Shown in pieces: positions 1-9,793 of a stretch of DNA of 64,000 bases. Each line of letters begins with the position of its first letter. The first letter of the stretch is position 1. The translations under genes and the position numbers were made by a program. Source of the stretch: Bacillota bacterium (GTDB taxonomy: Bacteria; Bacillota; Desulfotomaculia; Desulfotomaculales; Nap2-2B); NCBI GenBank assembly GCA_040755215.1, contig JBFMBG010000004.1, positions 353 to 64,352 of the forward strand, read 5' to 3'. The notes beneath the pieces were generated by a model. That model made no database searches, was not told where the DNA came from, and saw only the letters and a program-made list of their open reading frames with translations.

Positions 1-790
1 ATATTTGCACTCATATACCACAATAATGAAGAAAAAACATGAAGATAAAGGCTGGCCAACGTATTATTTATACGTAGATGCTTTCGCCGGGCCGGTTATT
101 TACCGGGAAACCGACCCGGATGAACAAGCATATGTTTCAGACTCGCCTGTCCAGGCTCTGAATACGAATCCTCCTTTTAGCAAATATATTTTTATTGAAA
201 TAAACCAAAAGAGAATAGAATGGCTGGAACGCCTTAAGTTATCATTCCCCGGTAAAGCAATCGAGGTTTTGCAGGGTGATGCCAATCTGTTATTAAATAC
301 TCTTGCATTGCGGGTTCGCAGGGATCGTGCCCACGGTCTGGTATTTTTAGATCCGTATGGCTTGGAGGTGGACTTCAAAACCGTTGCGCTCCTGGCAAAA
401 GGTGCATTTGACGTATTTATTAATTTTTCTATTATGGGCGTTACCCGGGCACTTCTTCCAGCCACCGGTTATCCATCGCAACAACAATGCAAAGAAATAA
501 ACAGGGTGATGGGAAGCGCCATATCTTTAGAAAAACTTTATACAGGGCAGTGTACGCTTTTCGGAGATATCGAATATACACGCGGTGTACTGCCGGCAGA
601 AAAATTAGCCGGGCTGTATGCAGAAGGTTTATGTAAAGTATTTAAGTATGTTAGCAAACCAGTAATTATGCGTAATTCCAGGGGAGGACCGCTTTACGCA
701 CTATACCTGGCAAGCAATAATCAAACCGCAATTAAAATTACAAATGACATCTTTGGACATTATGAAAAATTAAAAGCGGCAGGCAATTAA
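1..790 (+). CDS. TcmP-family (three-Cys-motif partner) SAM-dependent methyltransferase-like protein, 5' end outside the window
   Basis: Motifs YVDAFAGP, YIFIEIN, QGDAN, VFLDPYG, MRNSRGGPLYAL. The frame is open to the window edge (YLHSYTTIM). AT-richer than the flanking DNA. Confidence 0.75.
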   Translation, partial: YLHSYTTIMKKKHEDKGWPTYYLYVDAFAGPVIYRETDPDEQAYVSDSPVQALNTNPPFSKYIFIEINQKRIEWLERLKLSFPGKAIEVLQGDANLLLNTLALRVRRDRAHGLVFLDPYGLEVDFKTVALLAKGAFDVFINFSIMGVTRALLPATGYPSQQQCKEINRVMGSAISLEKLYTGQCTLFGDIEYTRGVLPAEKLAGLYAEGLCKVFKYVSKPVIMRNSRGGPLYALYLASNNQTAIKITNDIFGHYEKLKAAGN

Positions 791-814
791 TAACATACTT
801 TGGTGGTGAGATAA

Positions 815-1651
815 ATGGAGGTTATAGTCCGAAACAGAAAAAGCAAATTCGTCCGGCTCTTTGATAAGACGCCTGTCGGTGTGCGTTGTCCTCATTTTTA
901 CGAATTAATTCTTTCTAACGGGTGTCCGTTTGAATGTGCTTATTGCTATCTACGTTTAACTTTTCGGGGAAATAAAAAACCGGTTCTTTTCTGCAACCGG
1001 TGGGAAGAAGTGGAGCTGGAGCTTGAAGCTATACCATCCGGTGTTTTTTCTACGGGAGAGCTGGCGGATAGCCTGGCCGTCAATCCGCCTTTATTAAGTC
1101 GGGCGATAGCCTATTTTCAAAACCAGCAATCAAGATATTTATTGCTGACGACAAAAAGCACAAGCATAGGGCCATTTTTAGCCATGAAACCAACTCCTCA
1201 GGTGATCATCAGTTTTTCGATTAATACCGCCGAGATGGCGAACAGATTTGAAGCGGGTGCACCCCCACCGGAAAATCGGTTACAGGCAGCGGAAAAACTG
1301 CTAGAAAATGGCTGGCGGGTAAGGATCAGGCTCGACCCCATAATCTATGAAGAAGTCAATTTTATCAAATACAAAACGCTCTGCACGGTTATCGCAAACC
1401 TCAAACCAGAAAGAGTTACTGTTGGCACCCTAAGACAATATCCTGGTTTGCATCGTTTTTCGCCGGGAGCGCCTCGTCAGGGTTTGGTCAAGGCGACAGA
1501 CGGCAGGCTTAGGTACCCTAAACAATTAAGATTGCATATCTACCAACAAATTGGTAACTGGTTAGGATTTCAGCCGGCACTTTGCAAGGAGACAGAGGAA
1601 GTCTGGAAGGAGCTGGGCTGGTGGTTTTACGGTTGTAACTGCACAAAATAA
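815..1651 (+). CDS. Radical SAM protein, spore photoproduct lyase (SplB)-like family
   Basis: GCPFECAYCYL (CxxxCxxC), TGELADSL, LTTKS, SFSIN, RIRLDPII and a C-terminal LCKE...CNC, all SplB-like. SD GGTGGTGA upstream. Confidence 0.75.
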   Translation: MEVIVRNRKSKFVRLFDKTPVGVRCPHFYELILSNGCPFECAYCYLRLTFRGNKKPVLFCNRWEEVELELEAIPSGVFSTGELADSLAVNPPLLSRAIAYFQNQQSRYLLLTTKSTSIGPFLAMKPTPQVIISFSINTAEMANRFEAGAPPPENRLQAAEKLLENGWRVRIRLDPIIYEEVNFIKYKTLCTVIANLKPERVTVGTLRQYPGLHRFSPGAPRQGLVKATDGRLRYPKQLRLHIYQQIGNWLGFQPALCKETEEVWKELGWWFYGCNCTK

Positions 1652-1785
1652 AGAATAAAAAGCATCTTCAAGATGAAGCGGCTTTGAAATGATTTACCAG
1701 GCACTTATAAGCTTGGGATCGAATTATTCAGTTAAAATAAACTTCAGACAAAATAATTGGAATTAATCTAAATGGTGATGTTAAC

Positions 1786-3867
1786 GTGGCCAACTGGCGC
1801 GAACACATTCTTCAGGAATTCACCCCCGGAGTGGCCCGCCTCACCCTGGTGGCCGATCCGGACGGCCTTCTGCTGGAGGAGGGCATTCTCGAGGCCATCC
1901 GCGGGCGTGGTTTTGCCTTGCTTTCCTTTGAAGATCCGGTGGCCTTCCGTTATGCCTATGAATCCGGGTTCCGTTCCCGCTGGGACCGGGGTGAAGAAAC
2001 GGACCTGGTGGTTTTATTGCGGTCCGGGGCCAGGGAACTGGATTCTTTGCCGTATGATTTGCTCCAGGCAGGCCGCAAACTCTCTTTCAGCCTCGGGGAT
2101 ATATTTCCTGATCTCAGTTACCCGGTGGTGGCCGCCCTGGACCGGGGTGACCTGGATGCTCTTTATGAGGCTCAGGAAAAATATGTAACCGGTCAGCTCG
2201 GGGACAATGCCACGAAGGAGTTTATCCTCCGGCATGTTTTTGAAATCGCGCCGGAAGTCATCAAAGAACCGAGGGACCTGCTCCGCGTGCTTCTCCGCCG
2301 CCATTACCGCGGGCAGCGCATACCGGCCGTTATCGATGAAAGGTTTATTCAACTTTTGCGCCAGGATGGTACTTTTGACGGCTGGCCGCTGGAAGCCATT
2401 GTCCCGGACCGGGAGGCCTTTTTCGCCTTTTTGCAGGAACGCTGGCCAGTCTTTCTTGATCGAATAGCGGCCAAAGACGGGCAGGATATTACGCGGGAAA
2501 CCGGGGAACCTTACGGTTTGGCGTTCGCCGGTCCAGTTGATCTGCCCTTTGACGACGGCGATGTCCGGGTCTATCTCGACAACCTGTTCCTTGAACGGCT
2601 GCTCCAGCCCCTGCCCCGTAAGGATGCAGCGGCCCTGTCCGGAACCTGGGTGAGCATTGGCGTGCGCACCGATCCCGCCGGGGACCGGCGGCGCCGTCTG
2701 GGCAGGCTGGTGGAGAAACTGCGGTCCTCCCTTCCGGCCAAAAGGGCAAGGCATAAAGACTGGCTGCGTTTTGCCCGGGGGTGGGCGGAATTAACCGCGC
2801 TGATCTACCGGCCGGGGGAAGCAAATGACGGGGCCGGTACGGAAGAGATCCGGGATTTCAGGGAACTGCAGGCGCGGGTGGATACCGTATTTACCGCCTG
2901 GCTGGCCGGGCGCTACGCGGGATTGGGCAATTTACCGCCGGCGCCCCCGGTTATGCTTCATCACATTCCGCGTTATCTGGCCCGTTACCGGGAGGAGAAT
3001 CCGCAGGACAAAATAGCGTTGCTTGTGCTGGACGGGCTTTCTTTCGACCAGTGGATTACCATCCGGGAGGCGCTTACGTTAAAGCAATCCGATTTTCGCT
3101 TCCGCGAAGACGCTGTTTTCGCCTGGATTCCGACCATCACTGCGGTCTCCCGGCAGACCATCTTTGCCGGCAGGCCGCCCGTCCTGTTTCCGGACAGCAT
3201 CTTCACGACGGACCGGGAGCCCGTGCTGTGGTCGCAGTTCTGGATGGAGCAAGGGCTGGCCCAAAACGAGATCGTCTACGCCAGAGGATTGGGGGACGGC
3301 ACACTGGAGAACGTCAAGGATTTACTTTCCAAACCCGGGGCGAGAGTCGCCGGGCTGGTCGTCGATAAGGTGGACAAAATCATGCACGGTATGGAACTGG
3401 GTACCGCCGGCATGCACAACCAGGTGCGCCAGTGGGCCCGGCAGTCTTATCTGAAGGATCTGCTGGAGTTTTTGCTGGAACGGGGATTCCGGGTTTTTCT
3501 GACCTCCGACCACGGCAATATCGAAGCCGCCGGTTGTGGCCGCCCGACGGAAGGGGCGGTGGCTGATCTCCGCGGAGAGCGGGTGCGCGTTTTTTCGGAC
3601 GCCCTGTTGCGCGACAGGGTGTCCGACCGGTTCCCGGGTGCCCTGAAATGGCCGCCCGTGGGCCTGCCTGAAAATTATTTTCCCCTCATCGCTCCTGACC
3701 GGCAGGCTTACGTCCGCCGGGACGAGCGGATTGTCTGCCACGGCGGCCTTTCCATTGAAGAGGTCGTCGTCCCCCTGGTGCAAATCGAAAGATTGCCTGC
3801 CGGTTCTGCCTGCGCTTCTGCCAGTATGGCCGGGGCGCCTGCGGCCGGGGAAGGGGGAACCGGATGA
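1786..3867 (+). CDS. pglZ: BREX type 3 phosphatase PglZ
   Basis: N-terminal LTLVADPDGLL; alkaline-phosphatase-like motifs VLDGLS, PTITAVSRQ, VDKIMHG, TSDHGN, HGGLSIEEVVVP; 693 aa; followed by brxA. Confidence 0.88.
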   Translation: MANWREHILQEFTPGVARLTLVADPDGLLLEEGILEAIRGRGFALLSFEDPVAFRYAYESGFRSRWDRGEETDLVVLLRSGARELDSLPYDLLQAGRKLSFSLGDIFPDLSYPVVAALDRGDLDALYEAQEKYVTGQLGDNATKEFILRHVFEIAPEVIKEPRDLLRVLLRRHYRGQRIPAVIDERFIQLLRQDGTFDGWPLEAIVPDREAFFAFLQERWPVFLDRIAAKDGQDITRETGEPYGLAFAGPVDLPFDDGDVRVYLDNLFLERLLQPLPRKDAAALSGTWVSIGVRTDPAGDRRRRLGRLVEKLRSSLPAKRARHKDWLRFARGWAELTALIYRPGEANDGAGTEEIRDFRELQARVDTVFTAWLAGRYAGLGNLPPAPPVMLHHIPRYLARYREENPQDKIALLVLDGLSFDQWITIREALTLKQSDFRFREDAVFAWIPTITAVSRQTIFAGRPPVLFPDSIFTTDREPVLWSQFWMEQGLAQNEIVYARGLGDGTLENVKDLLSKPGARVAGLVVDKVDKIMHGMELGTAGMHNQVRQWARQSYLKDLLEFLLERGFRVFLTSDHGNIEAAGCGRPTEGAVADLRGERVRVFSDALLRDRVSDRFPGALKWPPVGLPENYFPLIAPDRQAYVRRDERIVCHGGLSIEEVVVPLVQIERLPAGSACASASMAGAPAAGEGGTG

Positions 3868-4643
3868 ACCTCCGCACCAATCAAATCGGGTTCAGCCAGC
3901 GGGTCCGCCTCGAATGGCTGGAGCAAACGGCCGGCCTCGTTCTGGCCGGAAACGATCGCTCCACCATATTCGCCGCCCTGGAGGATCTTTTAAAGGACAA
4001 GGTTTCCATCGGCGGCAAGGCCGTACGCGGCAATCGGGAAAAAATTATTACGATTCTCATGAAAGTCTGGTGTAATGTACCGCGGGAATTGGAAGCCCTG
4101 CGCCGGGAAGGGCTCGAACTGATTAAACACCTTCCCCGTAACGATCGGCTGGCGGTTCATTGGGGGATGATCATGGCCGTTTACCCGTTCTGGGCGGCCG
4201 TGGCGGCCTGCACCGGCCGTTTCTTGAAGCTTCAGGGATCGGCCGCGGCGGCCCATATTCAGCGACGGTTGCGCGAGCAGTATGGGGAACGGGAAACGGT
4301 ATCCAGGGCGGCCCGCCGCGTGCTGCGTTCGTTCGTCGATTGGGGGGTGCTTAAAGAAACCGGCACGAAAGGGGTTTACAGCCAGGGGATCTCCCTGGCG
4401 ATAAATGATTCGGGGCTTGCTTCCTGGATGATCGAGGCTTTTTTGCATACGCTGTCCAATGGCCGGGCACCATTGCAGACCGTCCTGGAAAATCCGGGCC
4501 TGTTTCCGTTCCACCTTCCGCCGGCAATTGCCGATGGCGCTCTGGCCGTGTCTCCCCGGCTGGAGGTTTTGCGCCTCGGGCTAAACGAGGATCTGGTCAT
4601 GTTGCGGAATCAGGCTGGAAACAAGGCCCCGCCGTATTGTTAA
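3864..4643 (+). CDS. brxA: BREX type 3 BrxA-like protein
   Basis: ATGA overlap with pglZ; IGFSQRVRLEWL, HWGM..YPFW, YGERETVSRAARRVLRSFVDWGVL; terminal position expected for type-3 BREX. Confidence 0.7.
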   Translation: MNLRTNQIGFSQRVRLEWLEQTAGLVLAGNDRSTIFAALEDLLKDKVSIGGKAVRGNREKIITILMKVWCNVPRELEALRREGLELIKHLPRNDRLAVHWGMIMAVYPFWAAVAACTGRFLKLQGSAAAAHIQRRLREQYGERETVSRAARRVLRSFVDWGVLKETGTKGVYSQGISLAINDSGLASWMIEAFLHTLSNGRAPLQTVLENPGLFPFHLPPAIADGALAVSPRLEVLRLGLNEDLVMLRNQAGNKAPPYC

Positions 4644-5146
4644 TGGAATTTGCGTTGTTGTTAGGTAATGATATCGCCGCCGCCCTTTTAAGCAAAATGG
4701 GCTTTCAGCCGGAAGAAAAGGTAAAAGTGAAAGTGGAATTCATGCGCATGCTGACCCGGATGAAGCTGGACCCGGCCCGGATGGAACTGTTGGCCGGGTT
4801 TTTCGAGACCTATCTAAGGCTGAATCGGGAGGAAGAAGAACAATATAATCGGGAACTGGGAAAACTGGATAGCAAGGAGGTTGACGTGATCATGCAGATA
4901 ACCACCAGTTGGCATGAGAAAGGCCGTGCGGAAGGCCGTGCGGAAGGCAAAATCGAAGCCAAGCGGGAAGTTATATGCAAATACCTGCTCCGTAAGTTTG
5001 GGGATAAATCGTTTGACCTGCAACAAAAGATCCGGCAGATAACCAGTCTGGAAGTGCTGGACTATATCCTGGGGGAGCTTTTTGCCGCCAATACCCTGGA
5101 AGAAGCCAGGGCCATCGTCAATAACGGTGCTGGTAAGCCATCGTGA
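4637..5146 (+). pseudogene. C-terminal fragment of an Rpn/transposase_31-like protein (DUF4351-type tail)
   Basis: AAALLSKMG...LDPARMELLAGFFETYLRL and KGRAEGRAEGKIE (12-bp tandem repeat 4920-4948); the N-terminal PD-(D/E)xK nuclease half is absent; no clear SD. Confidence 0.65.
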
Positions 5147-5306
5147 TTCATATTGTTCGCTACGGCGACGACCGGGGCCTTTCCTGGAAATCTCGCGGGA
5201 CAGAACGGGATTAATTCGTTCCCGCCCCGAGGACGGCTCGTTTGATATGCGCGGTTCGATGCCTTTTGGGCCGTAATTTACGGAAAGAACAGGAGGGAAT
5301 TTTCTG

Positions 5307-5813
5307 GTGGATTACCTGATCTGCGGTACAGACAGCTCAAACACAGGGATTACCGAACCCTGTCCCCGCTGCCGCCGGCCCGGCCTGCCGGTGAAAAGCG
5401 TTACCGTGGCCAGCCTGGCAAAGGAGGAAAAGCTTCCTTTGCCGGAAAGGGAATATTTCCTCTGCGTTACGCCGGAATGCCCGGTGGCCTATTACAACGG
5501 CGCTGTTCTTCTGGAAGAAAAGGACCTCCGGGTACCGGTGTGGTTCAAACAGCACACCGGGCCGGTGCCGGTGTGTTACTGCGCGGGGGTGACCGACGCA
5601 GAAATCCTGGCCCACCTCGAACGGGGGTGCTGCTCGTCGCTGGCGGACATCCAGAACCACACGGGCGCCAACACGGGCGGTCAGTGCCTGACGAAAAACC
5701 CCGCCGGCCGGTGATGCCGCCCGGCGGTGCAATCGGTGATTGCCCAGGGTTTGGCAAAAAAGCAGCAGGCTTTTCCGCTGGAAGCAGGCCGGAAAGGCAA
5801 TGAAGCGGAATAA
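5307..5813 (+). CDS. CopZ-like Zn-binding plus BFD-like 2Fe-2S metallochaperone, probable selenoprotein (UGA at 5712-5714)
   Basis: CPRC, CVTPEC, VCYC, then NPAGR-UGA-C at the family's NPxGxCC motif; the frame continues to TAA at 5811-5813; SECIS-like hairpin follows the UGA; SD AGGAGGG. Confidence 0.75.
5729..5743 (+). promoter_or_regulatory. Putative bacterial SECIS upper stem-loop
   Basis: GCAATC-GGT-GATTGC perfect stem with a G-first apical loop about 20 nt after the UGA. Confidence 0.65.
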
Positions 5814-5907
5814 AATTAAAAAAACGCGGATGATAGCGATGCCCCGGTATAAACCCGGGGCTGGATTGTGATTGACTGGTCTTTGTTGGCTGGCTGGCTT
5901 TCCCGGG

Positions 5908-7836
5908 CTAGCTTTCCCACATGATCTTGCCGCAGTCCCGCAGGTCGTATCCGCCCAGGCTTTCCACCTCTTTTTTGAATTCCGGGGTGGCGATGACGGC
6001 CAAAAGGCGCTGGATGTACGGAGTGTCCCAGTATTCGCGCAAGATGCACAGGTCGTAGCGCTCTTCGTCCAGGCTGACAAAATCGAGCCCCAGCGCCTGG
6101 GCGGCGGCCCGGATGCCCAGCCCCGCGTCGACCCCGCCGGCCACCGCCGCGGCCACGGCCATGTGGGTGTATTCTTCCCGCTCGTAGCCGTGAATCTGCC
6201 CCGGGTCGATGCCCAGGCGCTTCAGGTAATAGTCCAGCAGCACCCGGGTCCCCGCGCCCCGCTGGCGGTTGACGAAGGTGACGCCGGGGCGGGCAAGGTC
6301 GGCGATCCCCTTGATCCCTTTCGGATTCCCTTTGGCGACGATCAGGCCCTGTTCGCGGTAAACCAGGTTGAGCAGGATAACCCGCCGGTCCGGCAGCAGC
6401 CGCCGGATGTAAGAGACGTTGTAATCGCCGGTTTCTTCGTCCAGCAGGTGGGTGCCGGCGCAGTGAGCTTCGCCCCTTTTCAGGGCGGTTAAGCCCCCCA
6501 GGCTGCCCACGTGGGCGCTGGAGAGGCTGGCGGCGGGAAAAAGGCGGTGCAGGCGGTTGGCCAGCACGTCTAAAGCGATGTCGTGGCTGCCGATAATCAC
6601 GGTGGTTTCCCTGATTTCCTCCAGAGGGCGGAAAAGCTCCACGGGAACTGTTTCCCCCGCCCCGTAGCCTTCAGAAAGGCGCGGCACCCGCACGATGCCG
6701 TCCGCCCGGATTAAAGAGGTGATGATGCCCGCTCCCCGGGAAATGGGAGTGGCGATGGTTTTCTCGCCTACCTGGCCCAGTTTCACCCGTACGAATTCCT
6801 CGACGCCCAGGGTGGAGACCAGTTTGCGGGAAACGATGGCCTCCGTGCGCGCTCTCGCCGGCGGGACGGAGCCCAGCTTGCGGTAGATGACCGGTTTCAC
6901 GAACAGATCCATGCACAGGAATGCCGAGACGGGGTAACCGGGAACGCCGATTACCGGTTTGCCGTTCCCAACCCCAAGGATCACGGGTTTGCCGGGTTTG
7001 GTGGCCACGCCGTGGACCAGCACCTGCCCCAACCCTCTGATGACTTCTGCGGTGAAATCTTCACTGCCGGCGGAGGAGCCGGCGATGATCAGCGCAGCGT
7101 CGGCACCGGCAAGGGCCTCGGCCAGGGTGTTTTGCAGCGTTTCCGGGTCGTCCCTGGTGATTTCCCGGCGTAAGCCGATCCCGCCCCAGTCCTCCACCAG
7201 CCCGGCCAGTACCCGGCTGTTGTAGTCGATAATTTCGCCGGGTTTTAAATCGGCGCGCGGCTCCACCACTTCCGTGCCGGTGGGCAGGATGGCCACCCGG
7301 GGCCGGGGGTGGACGGATACTTCCGTGATCCCCCCCGCCAGCAGCCCGCCGATGTCGATGGGGCGCAGGCGGTGGTTGGCGGGGACGATCATTTCGGTGG
7401 CCACGATGTCTTCCCCAATCCCCCGCACGTGCTGCCAGGGGTAGGCCGGTTCGGTGATTTCGATGACCTCCGGGGAAACAAAATGCACGTCTTCCACCAT
7501 GATTACCGCGTCGCAACCGGCGGGCAGGGGGTCGCCGGTGTCCACCATGACCGCCTCGCTGCCCAGAGCCAGCCGCTTCGGAGTTGTTTCCGAGGCGCCG
7601 AAAGTGACGGCGGCCTTCACCGCATAGCCGTCCATGGCTGCGGCGTTGTAGTGCGGGGAGGAGATCCGGGCGTAAACCGGCGCCGCCGTTATCCGGCCGG
7701 CGGCCTTTTCCACCGGCAGCACCTCCGGCGGGCCGGGAGCCAGCGCCCCGATCTTATCCAGAAAAGCCAGATACTGGTCCAGAGCCTCTTCCCAGGGCCG
7801 GTCGTCCAGATAAACGTCACGCTTTCCTTGCGACAT
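5908..7836 (-). CDS. moeA: Molybdopterin molybdo/tungstotransferase MoeA fused to a periplasmic-binding-protein-like domain
   Basis: AAMDGYAV, DTGDPLP, PTGTE, GSSAGSED, KPGKP, PGYPVS; C-terminal GSHD...NRQRGAGTR PBP domain. Confidence 0.9.
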   Translation of the reverse strand: MSQGKRDVYLDDRPWEEALDQYLAFLDKIGALAPGPPEVLPVEKAAGRITAAPVYARISSPHYNAAAMDGYAVKAAVTFGASETTPKRLALGSEAVMVDTGDPLPAGCDAVIMVEDVHFVSPEVIEITEPAYPWQHVRGIGEDIVATEMIVPANHRLRPIDIGGLLAGGITEVSVHPRPRVAILPTGTEVVEPRADLKPGEIIDYNSRVLAGLVEDWGGIGLRREITRDDPETLQNTLAEALAGADAALIIAGSSAGSEDFTAEVIRGLGQVLVHGVATKPGKPVILGVGNGKPVIGVPGYPVSAFLCMDLFVKPVIYRKLGSVPPARARTEAIVSRKLVSTLGVEEFVRVKLGQVGEKTIATPISRGAGIITSLIRADGIVRVPRLSEGYGAGETVPVELFRPLEEIRETTVIIGSHDIALDVLANRLHRLFPAASLSSAHVGSLGGLTALKRGEAHCAGTHLLDEETGDYNVSYIRRLLPDRRVILLNLVYREQGLIVAKGNPKGIKGIADLARPGVTFVNRQRGAGTRVLLDYYLKRLGIDPGQIHGYEREEYTHMAVAAAVAGGVDAGLGIRAAAQALGLDFVSLDEERYDLCILREYWDTPYIQRLLAVIATPEFKKEVESLGGYDLRDCGKIMWES

Positions 7837-7876
7837 AATCAACACCTCATTTCCGGATTTGCGAAATAATTTATAT

Positions 7877-7946
7877 CCACAGAGAATACAGGGGACACAG
7901 AGAAAAAATTATGTTATGATTTAACTGTTCTCTGTACCCTCTGTGG
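7877..7946. repeat. Inverted hairpin of 9-nt tandem units (CACAGAGAA)
   Basis: Left arm CCACAGAGAA-TACAGGGGA-CACAGAGAA, right arm TTCTCTGTACCCTCTGTGG. Confidence 0.7.
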
Positions 7947-7977
7947 TTAAATTTATAAATTAGAAAGGTGACCCCCC

Positions 7978-8277
7978 TTGGCGGACAAAACCATTGAAGT
8001 CCGGGCCTTTTCTTTTTTGCAAAAAGTTTTTGACGAACAGGGGTGGCCCCAGCCCCTGCTGGTGGATTGGCCGGAGGCGGCTCCGGCCGCCCGGCTGGTT
8101 GCGGAGCTGAAAATCAATCCCCGGCAGGTGGAAGCAGTCTTTATTAACGGTGTCGCCCGCCACCTGGAAGACGTGATTAACCCGGGCGACCGGGTGGCCC
8201 TGGTCCCGCCCGGGACGCCGGGGCCTTACCGGGTGCTGCTGGGGTTTGTGGGCGGCGGCAATGACAGCGGGACGTAG
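7978..8277 (+). CDS. MoaD/ThiS-like ubiquitin-fold protein
   Basis: EAVFING...INPGDRVALVPPGTPGPYR; lacks a terminal GG; lies between the two moeA genes on the opposite strand. Confidence 0.7.
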   Translation: MADKTIEVRAFSFLQKVFDEQGWPQPLLVDWPEAAPAARLVAELKINPRQVEAVFINGVARHLEDVINPGDRVALVPPGTPGPYRVLLGFVGGGNDSGT

Positions 8278-8376
8278 CTAAATTTAAATCTGCCGTTGAA
8301 GGGTCCTGAACCGGGCAAAAGGACTCTTTTGCTTTGTACCTCTGTGCCTTTGTGCCCGATCAACTTTGGGCCTTTT

Positions 8377-9615
8377 TTAAAACAGCTTCACTTCCACCCA
8401 TTCCCCAGCTTCCACGCCCTCCTTTCCGGCGGGGATTTTCGCCAGGCCGTCGGCCTTGACCAGGGTGGCGATCAGGCCCGACTTGCCCAGCACGGGGTCC
8501 GCGTGCAGTTCTCCGTTCCGCAAGGAGAGTTTTACCCGCACGTAGTCTTCCCGGCCCGGGGCGGAGCGCAAATTGCGGCTCACGCGCGCCCGCAAAGGAA
8601 ATTCCCAAAAGGGTTCTGCAGGATAGTCGGCAAAGCGGATCAAGGGCGCCACCAGCAACTCAAAAACTACCAGGGCGGAGGCCGGGTGGCCGGGGAGGCC
8701 GAAAACCGGTTTGCCATCCACGACCGCGCCGATGGTGGGTTTGCCGGGCTTTAAAGAAACGCCGTGAAACAGCACTCCCGGGTTTCCCAGGGCGGCGATG
8801 GCCGCCGCCGCCACGTCCCGGGCGCCCACCGAACTGCCCCCGGAGAGCAGGACCAGGTCGTTTTCGGAGAGCGCCGCCGCCAGCCTTTCCTTGAGCTGCT
8901 GGAAATCGTCCCGGACGATGCCGTACAGGTTAGGCTCACCCCCGCATTCCCGCACCGCCCCCCAGAGAGTGTACGAATTAATGTTCCGCACCTGGCCGGG
9001 GGCCGGTTTTTCTTCGGGCGGAACCACCTCGTCCCCGGTGGAAATGATTCCCGTCCGCAAAGGCCGCCGCACTTCCACCCTCGTTACTCCGGCGGCGGCT
9101 AAAATGCCCAGGTCCTGGGGGCGCAGCCGGTGACCGGCAGGCAGGAGCAGTTCCCCGGCGGCAAAATCCTCCCCCCGGCGGATCACGTTTTCCCCCGGCG
9201 CCACCGGCCGGAGCACGCCGATCGTCTTTTCGTCAAGCTCCTCGGTATATTCCACCATGACCACCGCGTCGGCCCCGGCGGGGAGCATTCCGCCGGTGGA
9301 GATGCGCCAGGCCTGCCCCGCCTTTAGTTCGCCTTGCGGTTTTTGCCCCATGAACACTTCCCCGGCTACCTCCAGATAGGCGGGCAGTCCCTCGGAGGCG
9401 CCGAAGGTATCTCCGGCCCGCACGGCAAAACCGTCCATGGTGGCGCGGTCGAAGCCCGGCACGTCGTCAACGGCCGTTACCTCATGGAGCAGGCAGCGGT
9501 TGAGGGCGCCCGGCAGGGATACCGTTTCCCCCTCCTGCGGCGGGGAAAAGTGCCGCTGGATTGCTTCCCGGGCTTCTTTGACTGTAACGGCTTTAAATAA
9601 TTCTTTCATGTTCAT
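8377..9615 (-). CDS. moeA: Molybdopterin molybdotransferase MoeA (gephyrin-like)
   Basis: FDRATMDGFAV, ISTGGMLP, STGDE, SGGSSVGARD, KPGKP, GLPGHP; SD AGGAGGTGG before the 9615 start. Confidence 0.92.
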   Translation of the reverse strand: MNMKELFKAVTVKEAREAIQRHFSPPQEGETVSLPGALNRCLLHEVTAVDDVPGFDRATMDGFAVRAGDTFGASEGLPAYLEVAGEVFMGQKPQGELKAGQAWRISTGGMLPAGADAVVMVEYTEELDEKTIGVLRPVAPGENVIRRGEDFAAGELLLPAGHRLRPQDLGILAAAGVTRVEVRRPLRTGIISTGDEVVPPEEKPAPGQVRNINSYTLWGAVRECGGEPNLYGIVRDDFQQLKERLAAALSENDLVLLSGGSSVGARDVAAAAIAALGNPGVLFHGVSLKPGKPTIGAVVDGKPVFGLPGHPASALVVFELLVAPLIRFADYPAEPFWEFPLRARVSRNLRSAPGREDYVRVKLSLRNGELHADPVLGKSGLIATLVKADGLAKIPAGKEGVEAGEWVEVKLF

Positions 9616-9793
9616 TCGGCTTTTCCACCTCCTGGAGAGAAAAAAGCCGGCACGCGGTTGGTTTTCCCGGCCAGGATGCGCTCCTTTCCGTGCTGTCTTT
9701 ATTTTTACCGGCATGTATTTTCAAAAAACCCTTTTTCAAAAATTATTCGTGTTGCGGGAGAAATTAACTAACCCCTAATTCCCGTTCCCGTTT

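Noticed and set aside
3790-3867. Low-complexity C-terminal tail of PglZ with a weak hairpin
   Set aside because: Could be a small palindromic insertion, but pairing is imperfect and there is no second copy in the window.
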